Source: Octopus bimaculoides (taxonomy: Eukaryota). Taken from it: a DNA stretch of 57,262 bases. The notes beneath the pieces are model-generated. The model searched no databases. It was given only the letters and a program-made list of their open reading frames with translations, and was not told the origin of the DNA. Where the stretch lies: the NCBI RefSeq assembly GCF_001194135.2, contig NC_068990.1, positions 92,533,474 through 92,590,735 of the forward strand, written 5' to 3'. Made by a program: the position numbers and the translations under genes. This document shows, in pieces, positions 12,935-24,748 of the stretch. Numbering within the stretch: the first letter of the stretch is position 1; each line of letters starts with the position of its first letter.

Positions 12935-13082
12935 CTGTAAATTGGATGGCGTCAAGAAGGGCCTCCAGCCATAGAAATCGGGCCAAATCAGACACTGGAG
13001 CACAACACTGTCCTCAAACCCGCCAAGTCCTGTCCAACACATGCCAGCATGGAACGCCGACATTTAATGATGATGGTGATGA
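12935..13082 (+). mobile_element. RTE LINE (family A) 3' tail fragment
   Basis: GGCGTCAAGAAGGGCCTCCAGCCATAGAAA...CCAACACATGCCAGCATGGAA...(GAT)n. Confidence 0.75.
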
Positions 13083-13129
13083 AGACATGTATTTGTGTGT
13101 TCGTGTCTTTTTGTTTTCGTATCATATGA

Positions 13130-13330
13130 TATTTGTAAACAAGCATCGCTGTCATACAAACTGTTATTCGTTCCCAACCTCCAACAAAAACATGTCTAGC
13201 CATGGCGAAATTATTACCTTACTTGGAAATGAGTGAGGCTTGGTGACAGGGCATTTAGATGTGGAAAATCTACCTGAACACTATGCAAGCATGGAAAGGT
13301 GTATATTAAAACGATGATGATGATGATGAT
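13130..13330 (+). mobile_element. SINE family C 3' half
   Basis: ACATGTCTAGCCATGGCGAAATTATTACCTTACTTGGAAA...GCAAGCATGGAAAG..(GAT)n. Confidence 0.78.
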
Positions 13331-13358
13331 ACACACACACACGCACACGCGCGCGCAC

Positions 13359-13421
<63 letters not shown>

Positions 13422-13597
13422 NNNNNNNNNNNNNNNNNNNNNNNNNNNNNNNNNNNNNNNNNNNNNNNNNNNNNNNNNNNNNNNNNNNNNNNNNNNNNNN
13501 NNNNNNNNNNNNNNNNNNNNNNNNNNNNNNNNNNNNNNNNNNNNNNNNNNNNNNNNNNNNNNNNNNNNNNNNNNNNNNNNCGCACACGCGCGCGCAC

Positions 13598-13659
<62 letters not shown>

Positions 13660-13661
<2 letters not shown>

Positions 13662-13828
13662 GTGCAGATATGACTGTGTAGTTGAGAAGCTTGCTTCACA
13701 GCCATGTGGGCTTGGATTCAGTTCCACTGCATAGTACATTGGGCAAGTGTCTTCCATTATAACTCCAGACTGACCAATGCCTTGTGAGTGAATTTGGTTG
13801 ATGGAAACTGTGTGGAAGCCTGTTTGAT
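13660..13828 (+). mobile_element. SINE family C head
   Basis: GAGAAGCTTGCTTCACAGCCATGTGG...GATTCAGTTCCACTGC..TTGGGCAAGTGTCTTC. Confidence 0.8.
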
Positions 13829-13954
13829 ATATATACATACCTGGTGCCATCCACAATTGAGGTATATTTCTGCAGGATGACACCAGGTAGCCGCAAACTG
13901 TGAATATGCTTTACTCAACACACTAACTGACATATAATCATTAGTTCTAAAAAT

Positions 13955-14030
<76 letters not shown>

Positions 14031-14099
14031 TATATATGTCTCTATGCATGTGTATATACAAATTCCTATACTTCTTAATATGTGAATGCATATATATGT

Positions 14100-14852
14100 A
14101 CGACCTTCGAACATTAGGCCTCACTGAGGCAATGACTTGTGAACAAGACCTTTGGAAATATGCAGTGCGTGAGAAAACCCGGCAAGCCAAGTGAGATTAT
14201 AATCCGAGGTCTCTGCCAGGTGTGTAGCCAGCCCACTTATGCGTACCTTTCCTTCATTGGACACTAAACTCTACTTGCGAAGACATGTTGAGGCAAGTGA
14301 AATCGAAATCGTGATTGGACCAAATTCGATGACTGGCACCTGTGCCAGTGGAGCGCTAAGAGCACCGTCTGAGCGTGATCGTTGCCAGAGCAGCTGTCTA
14401 GCTTCCGTGCCAGTGGCACATAAATAGCACCATTTGAGCGTGGTCGTTACCAGCATCACCTTACTGGCACTTGTGCTGGTGGCACGTGCAAAAACATTCA
14501 AGCGAGGTCATTGCCAGTGCCACTGGACTGGCTCCTGTGCAGGTGGCATGTAAAAGACACCATTTTGAGCATGGCCGTTGCCAGTACAGCCTGACTGGCC
14601 CTCGTGCTGGTGGCATGTAAAAGCACCCGCTACANNNNNNNNNNTGCCAGTACAGCCTGACTGGCCCTCGTGCTGGTGGCATGTAAAAGCACCCGCTACA
14701 CTCTGGGGTTTTTGGCGTCAGGAAGGGCATCCAGCTGTAGAAACTCTGCCAGATCAGATTAGAGCTTGGTGCAGCCATCTGGTTCGCCAGTCGTCAGTCA
14801 ATTCGTCCAACCCATGCTAGCATGGAAAGCGGACATTAAATAATGATGATGA
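14100..14852 (+). mobile_element. 5'-truncated RTE-like LINE (family A): last ORF codons plus long repetitive 3' UTR
   Basis: 14102-14194 translates DLRTLGLTEAMTCEQDLWKYAVREKTRQAK*, an RTE-type C-terminus. It is followed by ~65-70-bp subrepeats and a (GAT)n tail. Confidence 0.8.
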
Positions 14853-15019
14853 TTATATATATATATATATATATATATTCATACAAGCATGCATATAAAT
14901 AATAAAGTACACATACTTTCCCCACTGCTGTACAGACATATGCATGCATTTCCAGTCTGCTATAATTTTCATTATAGTTTTATACTGTAATTATAGTATA
15001 GATATGTTGAGATTAAATG

Positions 15020-15600
15020 TGATTTTTTTTTTTTGTGTTGTTTAGGGGAAGAGTTTATGGTTTCAAGGGATTATGTGGTGTGTAACTGACAAGGTTTTTG
15101 GTTGCCAGAGTAATGTTTGGAGAAGGAGGAGAGTATTTTTCAGTTTATGTCGAAAGGGTTTTGTTTTGTTATCTTTTAGTGACCAGATATATTATGATAG
15201 GGTCGTATCATTTCTGTTATAATTACAGAATGTGTATGTGTTATTATACCAGTTTTTTAAATGTGTTGACTGCAAGAAGAATATGTTTTAGGTTTGAAGA
15301 GTTAGTGTGGAAAGTCCTCAAGTGAACTAGTTCTTTGACCAAGCACTTTCAATCTAAGGAGTATATATTCCGGTCGGTGTGTTTGCATGTAGGCTGGTCA
15401 GTATTTTGTGAAGTTTGTTTATTAATGTCTGTTAATATTTGTTTGGAATTTGTTAATGGTAGAGCAAGATAATTTAATATTTTTACTATGAAGAAGCTTG
15501 TGGTATTTGTGTGTGGGTAGAAAATATATGTGTAGGAGGTTAAAGAATATTTTGGCAGTTGGAGTACCTACTTATAGGTAGAAGTGGGGGTTGAACCAGA
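15020..15600 (-). mobile_element. Penelope-like element remnant (linker plus GIY-YIG region)
   Basis: Minus strand gives RKIIWFNPHF...AKIFFNLL...PTHKYHKLL..KNIKLSCS and later DTTLS.YIWSLKD, parallel to the PLE at 56376-57262. Confidence 0.72.
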
Positions 15601-15646
15601 TTATTTTCTCCATTAAGTATATAATGTCTGTGAGCTTGTTTGTGTT

Positions 15647-15677
<31 letters not shown>

Positions 15678-15894
15678 ATAAATGTATGTATGTTTGTTTA
15701 TATATTTGGTCATGTAACTTAAAAACTTACATTTTTCTTTATTCCATCCTTGTCTATTTGGTGGAAAGAAACTATCCTAAAACTTTTTGTACCACAACAC
15801 AGTAGCTAACCTTTAGGAATGTAGGAATTTCACTTTCCTCTAAAAATATTAAGTTCTGTCTTTTGAACCAGAATAAAGACAGTCCCTACAGTTC

Positions 15895-16355
15895 AACCAT
15901 AATCCGTGGCCTCTGCCAGGGGTGTAGCCAGCCCACTTATTCATACCTTTCCTTCATTGGACACTAAACTCTGCTTGCGAAGACCTGTTGAAGGAAGTGA
16001 AATCAAAATTGTACCAAATTCGACGACTGGCACCCTTGCCAACCTCTCCTTCATTGGACACTAAACTCTGCTTGCGATGACCTGTTGGGGCAAGTGAAAT
16101 CGAAATCGTGATTGAACCAAATTCGATGACAAACACCTGTGCCAGTGGAGCGCTAACGTGCCGTCCGAGTGTGATCATTGCCAGAGCAGCTGTTTGGCTT
16201 CCGTGCTGGTGGCATGTGAAAAGCACCATTTGAGTGTGATTGTTACCAGCGTTGCCTTACTGGCACTTGTGCTAGTGGCACGTGAAAAAACATTCGAGCG
16301 AGGTCATTGCCAGCGTCGCTGGACTGGCTCTTGTGTAGGTGGCATGAGGAAAATG
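15895..16355 (+). mobile_element. Family A LINE 3' UTR fragment with internal ~98-bp duplication
   Basis: Matches 14200-14560. The block TCCTTCATTGGACACTAAACTCTGCTTGCGA occurs twice (~15950 and ~16048). Confidence 0.85.
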
Positions 16356-16389
16356 ACAATGTAAGGAACAGTACTGGTAGAGCCATCAT

Positions 16390-16900
16390 TGGATGAATTG
16401 TGTGTTTCTGGTGTGTGTGTGTGCACACTTATGTTGTGTGTGTATGCACACGTGTATCTGGTGTGTGTGCATGTGCGCATGCATCTGGTGTGTGCATGTG
16501 TATCTGGTGTGTGTGTGCATGCACATGTGTATCTAGTGTGTTTGTGTGTGTGTGTGCACATGCACGCATGTGTATCTGGTGTGTGTGTGCATGCGCACGT
16601 TTATCTGGTGCATGTGTGTGTGCATGTGCACTTGTGTATCTGGTGTGTATGTGTGCATGTGTCTAGTGTGTGTGTGCATGCATGTGTATCTGGTGTGTGT
16701 GTGTGTGCGCATGCATGCATGTGTGCCTGGTGTGTGTGTATGTGTGTGCGCACATGTATCTGGTATGTGTGCGTGCATGCACACATGTATGTGATGTGTG
16801 TGCATGTACATGTATCTTGTGTATGTGTGTGTGCACGCACATGTACGTCTGCCTGGTGTTGGTACATGTATATCTGTGAGCGTGTCTCTGTCTTGTATAT
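16390..16900. repeat. Punctuated (TG)n minisatellite
   Basis: Roughly 15-18 recurrences of (T/C)ATCT(G/A)G separated by (TG)n/CATG tracts. Confidence 0.85.
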
Positions 16901-17619
16901 TTGTGCACACACACACACACATCTGCTGTGTGTGTGTTTATCTGTTGATATATGAAGATATCGATAGTCCATTCTTTACGATACCTGATCCCCCCCCCTG
17001 TCTCCTCTCTCTTCTATCTTATAAATATCAAATCAATTATTTTCATATTTCGAAGAAGTCAGTCAGTATAATCATATGATTTTTTTTCCTCTCTTCCTCA
17101 TCAACCTTCCCATCCGTGCTGTGTAATGCAATCTGCCTCTTCTTTGTTTCCTTATTTTACCCATATCGGCTTCTTATCGCATGTTGCAGCAGTTGCAGAT
17201 TTTTAAGGCAACCGGTTGACTTTTGATTCAACAACCCCCTTTTATTGTCCCTATTCCCCTTCCTTTCTTCCCTACCCCTTCCCATGTCTATTTTGTTTTG
17301 CTCAGTTGAATGTCAGCATCCTGTTGGTAGGGTTACTTAATTGTTGTTTAGACCCTGGTCACCCCTTGTTAAACAGACCTATGGGGCCTTGGACTTTGTG
17401 TTTATGATGTCTTGGTAATAACAGCAAGGGGTGGATAAGGACACAAGCAGAGGTGTAGTTGAATTCCTGTTACTGTAATTACTGGTCCTCACTTTGTCAA
17501 CTTATGAAGGTCGGAATTTGTGCTGTGTAACACTGAACTTGATACAGTAACGTTAAATTGCCCAGCTGTAACTTCTCTCACAGAATCTTTTCTTTTTACT
17601 ATTTATTATTAAGTATCAT

Positions 17620-18005
17620 CATTTAAAGTCCTCTTTTCTATGTTTGCATGGATCATATGGAATTTATTGCGGCAGGTTTTCTATAGCTGGATGCCCTTCC
17701 TAATGGCAACCCTGTCTTGTTTCCAAGCAAGGGAATATTCCCCATAGAAGACAAGAAATGAACGACATCACCTGTATGGTGGTGATGCTCATTTACAGTT
17801 ATTGCATGATGTGAAGACAAGTGTATACATACACACATATATGCAACAGGCTTCCTTTAGTTTCCATCAACTAAATTTATGCACAAGGCTTTGATCAGCC
17901 TGAGGGCTATAGTAGAAGACATTTACCTGCCCTAGGTGCTAAGCTGCAAGGTTGAACCCAAAACCTCATAGTTGGGAAGCAAGCTTCTGAACCACACAAT
18001 CATGT
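17620..18005 (-). mobile_element. SINE family C, antisense
   Basis: Reverse tail CTATAGCTGGATGCCCTTCC and reverse head GGGAAGCAAGCTTCTGAACCACAC. Confidence 0.82.
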
Positions 18006-18413
18006 CAATGTTTTTTAGCAGGTTTCTAATTTGTTCTGAGACATTGTAATGTTGATGCTTTTTTTTCAACAGAAGTAGCTTCGACCAGAAATTAAAACCT
18101 GTTTGTATATATGGCTCCCAGACATTGTTCCACAATGTCCTGTAATAATGATTTTCAACTCAAGTATAACACCTCAGATTTTTTAAGGATTTTGTAATAA
18201 TGTGTTGTGATATTTATACTTTTTCCTGTTTTATTTTTGCCTTTTATAACACACCAACTTAGAAAGAATCTCACGACCTTTCAGCCACCATCCTCCTTAA
18301 AAATGTGACAGAAATAATGACTCACCACCTCTCCCTTGTCATTTACGTATTTTAATAGAACGTATGGAGATTACACAATATCATTTCTTTCAATATTACC
18401 TGACACTTTCTAA

Positions 18414-18632
18414 AGACAGCAAGCTTGGCAGAAACGTTAGTATGCCAAGCAAAATGCTTAGTGGTATTTCTTTTGTCTTTACGTCCTGAGTTCAAATTCT
18501 GCCGAGGTTGACTTTGCCTTTCATCCTTTCAGGGTCAATAAATTAAGTACCAGTTGTGTACTGGGGTTGATCTAATCGACTGGCCCTCTCCCCAAAAATT
18601 TCGGGCCTTGTGCCTAGAGTAGAAAAGAATAT
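18414..18632 (+). mobile_element. SINE family B, full length (tRNA-like head)
   Basis: TTGGCAGAAACGTTAG (A box), GAGTTCAAATTC (B box), GCCTTTCATCCTTTCAGGGTCAATAAATTAAGTACCAGTT core. Confidence 0.88.
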
Positions 18633-19109
18633 TACCTGACATTTTCTGCTTGTGCAAAGCATTGATTGTATACAGCGACAACCCTAGTAATACTGAATTA
18701 AGTGTCCAACAGTTTCTCTGTGTTGGAACTTTGCCAAGGTTGACAAAATAAGTAGAATAATGAAGAACTGCAAAGGAATGGGTCAATTATACTTGCATCC
18801 TCCCCTAAAATTTGTGGCTTTACACATCTTAGAATTTGTTATAATTTTTTTTAATGATTTCGTCAGAGGAGGAAGGGCAGTTCCCAGCAGCTGCCACAGC
18901 CCTTATCCTGATCTCGGACTGGTGTGAAGAAGTTATCTCCAAGCATTGTCTGAATACTTGCAGCACAGCATATTCTGCCATTGTAACTGTAGGATATCAT
19001 TGGAGATGAGTATAGACTGCTTGGGTTGAGTGCAAATTTTACTTGGATTAACTCTGCCTCTCATCTTCTGAGCCAACAGAGTATGTAACAGTAATATTCT
19101 CATATAGTT

Positions 19110-19248
19110 TATATTCTTTTCTACTCTAGGCACAAGGCCCGAAATTTTGGGGGAGGGAGGGGCCAGTCGATTAGGTTGACCTAAGTACGCAACTGGTACT
19201 TAATTTATCGACTCCGAAAGGATGAAAGGCAAAGTCAACCTCGGCGGA
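19110..19248 (-). mobile_element. SINE family B 3' half, antisense
   Basis: Near reverse complement of 18500-18630. Confidence 0.88.
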
Positions 19249-20989
19249 TCACATAGTTTATACTGACTGTTCCTCTTCATGAAAATACTGATTCCTACAT
19301 TCTGAGTTCGAATTCCAGATAATCTGGCTTTGCTTCTCATTCCTTTTAGCTACAAAAATAAAAACATCAGTCAGTTCCTGGGGTTGCTATAATCCTCCCG
19401 AAATAGCTTGACCTGAAGCCAATATTCCTTATTGATAACTGAGTGATTGGTTTTAACCCTCCAGATCATGAGTTTAAATAGTGCTGCTGTCATTGTGGTG
19501 TCCCTGGACAAGACAGATAAATGGGTGTTCAGAACATTAGAAGTAACCAACCCATCATTTGAGTTAGGGGCCTTGTGTGAAATCTCTGTAGGAACTGCTT
19601 ATACTAATATCTAGAGAAATGCTATGAACACCAAGTTCACATTTTTTTTTATTGTTTTATTCGTCATCATTATCATCGTCATCATCAATAACGAGTCAGT
19701 GTATGGAGCTGCTATACTCAAACTGTTAGAAATAGCAGCCAACTCATCCTTAAGGAAAGAACATGTTAGACAATGTAATTGGGGTTATACAAAAAGGTAG
19801 GATGCTTAGAACTAGAAAGCCTTTAATTTCTCTGCAAAGTCTCCAGACCTGTAGCGAGAGAATAAAACCACCCTCAGTAACTCTGTTACTATTACTACCA
19901 CCCTTCATTGTCATCATAGCACTACCCCACCCACCCACAAACGACACCACCACCTCAGCCATTATCAGCAACACCACCACCACCACCACAAATTAGCTCA
20001 TGTCTCCACACCATCGCTAGACCTCCACCACCATTTTCACACTACTTCCATCGTCATGAACACTGCACCACCATCATCGATAAGTAATATCGATCAGTTT
20101 AGCTGCTTTTGATGAAGAAAACGTATTTATTAAGGCAGAGAGGGAAAGGACGAGGGGTGGTGGTAAACCTAGCCACTTCGATCTGTCTTCAAAATCAAGA
20201 TCAATAAAATAAGTACCAGTAATATCAGCGGCCGTGTGAATCATTGGATGACTGACTAAAACTGCTTCTCTAGGAAGTCATGCAGTTGTAGCAGAATTAT
20301 TACATCACGGCAAAATTTCTATATATTCCGTCAGAACTGCTTTACTTTATGTTGTTCATAATAAAACAAAACAACGACACTTGCGCCTCTGTCTCTCATT
20401 CTTTGCCGTTGTGACAATGAAAGATTGTTATTATTATTACCTGTCAGATACTGGGGTCGATGTAATCGACTGACCCCTTCCCCCTAAAATTGCAGGCCTT
20501 ATTCCAAAATTTGAAACCATTATTATTAGTGGTTAAAGAGAGTTGTAGGGTGGAGGAGGTGCTGCTGTTTTCCAGTAAATTTGTTGGTGTTGGTAGCGGG
20601 GATGTCTGACGGGCATGGCATGTGTAAATGTACTTGTTTTCAGGTTGCGCCCCTCAGCCACGAAACAGAGTTGCGAAATGACAGTTACACTTAATAGTTT
20701 GGGTAATTTTGGATCTGTAGGGGTCCCTTGATGATTGCATTTCGCTTAACACACACTCTCTCTCTCTCTCACACACACATATATAGATATATTGTAATGT
20801 TTCTGTATTGTTGGTTCTGTAGCAAATCGTTTGTTTCTGCTACTGGAAATAATAAAATACAATAAATAAAATGTCAATCATAATATATTGGATCGATTTA
20901 ATCGATTAAAGTCCAACCAACTAATATGTGGTCTTGCACCAAGACAAGTCATCATTAATAAGGTGGACTTATATAAACGGTAGAGCGTC

Positions 20990-21680
20990 TTGCAGTATTT
21001 AGTTTGTGTTCTTTTTACGTTTTCAATAGAAATTCTGTCGGGGTTTTAGTTTGCCTTCCGTCCTTGCGAAGCTGGACAGAATAGGTATCAGTGATGTACT
21101 AGGGTCGAATGGACATTCATCCTACCATATAAAAAAAATAATAAATAAAAAATAACTCGTTGCTTTGTGCTTGTGTTCCTTTCAGGGTCGATAAAATAAA
21201 CACTGGTTGAGCACTGAGGTCGATATAATGGCGACTAATACCCTCCCACAAAATTCCCGGCCTTGTGCCTAGGGTACAAAAGGATTATTGTTGTTGTTGT
21301 TAGGCGACGAGCTGGCAGAATCGTTGGCACACCGGACAAAATGCTTAGAAGCATTTCATCCGTCTGCACGTTCTGAGTTCAAATTTCGCCGAGGTCGACT
21401 TTGTTTTTCTTCCTTTCGGGTTCGATAAAATAAGTGCCAGTTAAACATTGGGGTCGATGTAATAGATTTAACCCCTGTCCCAAAATTTCTGCCCTTGTGG
21501 CAAAATGTGAAACCATTATTATTATTATTATTATTACTATTCAAATTCTGTCGAGGTCGACCTTGCCTTTCATCCTTTCGGGGTCGAGAAAAAAAGTATT
21601 GGTCAAGTCCTAGAGAGGTCGATGAAATCTCCCTTGCCAAAATTTCAGGTTTTGTGCCTGGAGTAGAAAGGATTATTATT
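20990..21680 (+). mobile_element. Cluster of about 5 head-to-tail SINE family B copies or fragments (most intact 21301-21540)
   Basis: Repeated GGGTCGATAAAATAA and GAGGTCGA cores, with (ATT)n/(GTT)n tails between some copies. Confidence 0.85.
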
Positions 21681-22486
21681 AAAATACTCCTCACCTCCCA
21701 CATCACATTGAGTCGTTATTTCGGCAACATTTCTCCTTCGCTAGTTATTTGATTAATAAAGTACTCAGAGTCGTACCACACACATACACACCCCTATAAT
21801 GCGATCGCTGTTATAATCGTCTCTACCACCTCATCCAAATTTTTATGGCTTTGCAGCAAATATTTTTTGTTCTTTTTTCTTCACATAAATTTTCTCTGAT
21901 CAAATTCTATAATGTCGATTGTTCGTTATTTGCCAGTAAGGCTATTATTGTATGGCGGTGGAGGGCCCTAGACCCGACCCTTCTTCGTTTTGGGTGGTTG
22001 GTTGAGGAAGGGTCTGTACATAACGGTAAGGTGCTTGCTAATGACGAGCCTAGGAGCTAAGCTCCTAATAAACAGGTTGCGTCGCTCTGTTGTGTTTCAC
22101 AGCTATTTCATTTCAATACATTGCAAATGTTTCTGAGAGACAAATGATTGTCACAAACTCTCCTTGAGTTTTTCCTTTCCTAAAAATACCCCCAGTGTCT
22201 GATGTAAGGTAGCTGGCTACTTCCGCTTTCAGTTTGGTTATATTTCATTTCCCGATGTTGCGTCGTTCATGCCTCTAACCAACTCAGTACAGTACTGGTG
22301 CCCACCCCCCACCGCTTGCCCTCCCCTCTCTCAGGAGAAAACCCAGCATCACTTTATTTAATTACTATTTTTCAGTTTCACTGAAGTATGGCAAGTATGT
22401 CATAGCGTGTGTGTCTTTGTACCTATCTGCCATTCTCTTTCTCCATCTTTCCATCTCACTTTGTCTTTCTTTCGCTTTATTATGCA

Positions 22487-22517
<31 letters not shown>

Positions 22518-22692
22518 TCTCTCTCTCTCTTATTGTCTTTCTCTCTGTCAGTCTTTCTACCGCTCTGTCTTTATCACTGTCTCCGCCTCTCTTAAACCCG
22601 GTCTCTCTCTCTCTCTCTCTCTTTCGATCAATCTCTCTCGCCCTATCACTCGTTTTAGCTTTCTCTGTCGGTTTATTATTATTATTATCCTT

Positions 22693-22723
<31 letters not shown>

Positions 22724-24089
22724 TTAAACAATCATCGTCTTCCGTTGCTCCAACAAATAACTGTTGATCATTTACTCACCTTTTTAATGGTGGTTTTTAT
22801 ACATTAATTAAAGGTTATCACCGAAATTAGAATTAACTTCTTCACGATATATCTATCCAGCAGAACAACCATTATCTCAGTGTATCACGTTATAAGGCTA
22901 AACTGTTTCTTTATTCCTTCCGTAAACATTTTAAAAGGAAGAAATAAATTTCTATGTATTTTATATCTAATATAATTTCGACCAACACTCAAACGGATTA
23001 ATGGTAATTTTTTTCCGAATCAATATTTCGGCCTTGCGATCTTCTGTCTATATATGATACCATTTAACAGAATCGTTTTATAATTCCTATTGTTTTATTT
23101 AATTCCTAATGCTAAAAATAATTATTTCTATAATGTAGAAACTAGTTACCCCGGAAAACCACATTTCAACCTATCGTTTTGGGTTTTTTGTTGTTCTTTT
23201 TTTCCTAAGCTAGCAATGTGTTATTTGCAGAGAAACAATTATTGTTTCACTTTCGTAGAGTTGGTTGAGGAAGCGAGAATTTCTGCTGGTTTCAATATCG
23301 TTCGTCTCTGCCAAGTTCTTGGCCACAAGTGTTGTTATGTTTCCAATACTTCACCTGATGCTGATTTTTAGCTTAATTGACTATTTCTGTCTTTCTCTCT
23401 CTCTAGCTGTCTCTCTGTCTTATTATTTCAGACTTTCTTTTCCATTTTTTTTTCTTATCCTAATATTCTAGGTTTGTCTACCAAAATGTGTTTTATCAAA
23501 CGGTAAATAAATAAATAAAATTATAGTGCTAAGAATTATACCTAATCTCAATATCTGTTGAAACGTGTTGAGTTTTTTTTTTTAAACGTTCCTCGATGTT
23601 AAATTTATTAAGTTAAAACCAATTTTTGCTGCTAAACATCATTATTATTACTAGATCGAAATATGTCACCAATCCATCAACTCCAGCTGGCATCGCAGAC
23701 ATCGGTGGAATGACGGAGTTATTTTTCCTTGTGTAGGATTTCATAAATTACAGCTAAATACATTTCTCTTCTCTTTATCAAAATTGATAATTATCTACAT
23801 CGTAGGTGGAATATTACCGCAAATGTCCTTTTGTATTTTTTATATTTTATGAAATACTAAAACGAGGAATATTTAAACTATATATATTTATGTAATACCT
23901 CTGCGTGTGTGAGGAGAGAGAGAAAAAGGAAGAAACAAACAAAGGCATCTTTCAAACAACATACATTAAAACGTCGTTCCATAGGGACTATATTGGTCGT
24001 GTTGAAGAACTTTAACCTTTTAGAACGTGTAAATATATTTAATAACATAAAGATGATGAATTTAATTGCCACCATTTACATTCTAAATT

Positions 24090-24360
24090 CAAACCCCTTC
24101 ACGTTTCGCAGGGGTCGATAAAATAAAGTATCAGTCAAATATAGAGTTATGTAGATCAATCGCACTATCTTAAAAAAAAATGGGGCCCTCGTAGGTAGAT
24201 TTTACATATACCTCTTCATGCTCTGAGTTCAAATTCTGCTAAACGACTTGATCATCGGATCTAAGGTCGATTTTACCATTAAAATGTTAAAATCGATGTA
24301 ATCGATTTCACCCTTCATCCAAAATCTTGGGCTTTGAACTAGTATGAGGAAATATTCTGA
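24090..24360 (+). mobile_element. SINE family B fragments
   Basis: GGGGTCGATAAAATAAAGTATCAGT, CTGAGTTCAAATTCTGC, TCGATGTAATCGA. Confidence 0.7.
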
Positions 24361-24444
24361 GTTTGAATGTAAACTTACTTATATTAAAATAATTCTGAAT
24401 TTTGGGTTTACAATAGCTCCCTATTAAAAAATTATGTATTTATA

Positions 24445-24488
<44 letters not shown>

Positions 24489-24596
24489 TACATACATATA
24501 ATAATGATATGCTCTCTCACTCAATAATAATAATAGTTGTAATAGTGATAATAATAATAAATGTAAATATACATATATATATATGTATGTATACAC

Positions 24597-24748
24597 ACAT
24601 CATTTAACGTCTGTTTTCCATGCTGGACAGGTTGACAGGAGCTGGTGGGGCTGGGAGGTGCATCAGACTCCATTATCTGTTTTGGCTTGGTTTCTACAGC
24701 TGGATGCCCTTCCTAGTGCCAACCACTTTACAGAGTGTACTGGATGTC
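24597..24748 (-). mobile_element. Family A LINE tail, antisense
   Basis: CATCATTTAACGTCTGTTTTCCATGCTG...TTTCTACAGCTGGATGCCCTTCCTAGTGCCAACCAC. Confidence 0.82.

Noticed and set aside
13330-13660. Near-identical CGCACACGCGCGCGCACAC..(CA)n(TA)n blocks on both sides of an N gap
   Set aside because: Typical unmerged contig overlap, likely an assembly artefact.
14220-14640. Regularly spaced ~70-bp repeats that superficially resemble a CRISPR array
   Set aside because: Eukaryotic context, degenerate units without unique spacers, no cas genes. They belong to a dispersed LINE 3' UTR.
14579-14700. Exact 56-bp duplication around a 10-N gap (similar case at ~38484-38535)
   Set aside because: Identical flanks around a placeholder gap indicate an overlap artefact, so the unit count of this LINE copy is inflated by one.
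2530-16972. Many 60-330 aa ORFs of YI/CV/HT dipeptides or X runs
   Set aside because: Translations of (TA)/(TG)/(CA) microsatellites and N gaps.
18420-18510. A-box/B-box pairs here and in other SINE heads as tRNA genes
   Set aside because: No cloverleaf or anticodon arm. Each continues into a SINE body.
21976-22014. 11-bp hairpin GACCCTTCTTC/GAGGAAGGGTC
   Set aside because: Short stem with a 17-nt loop and no other support; expected by chance in 57 kb.
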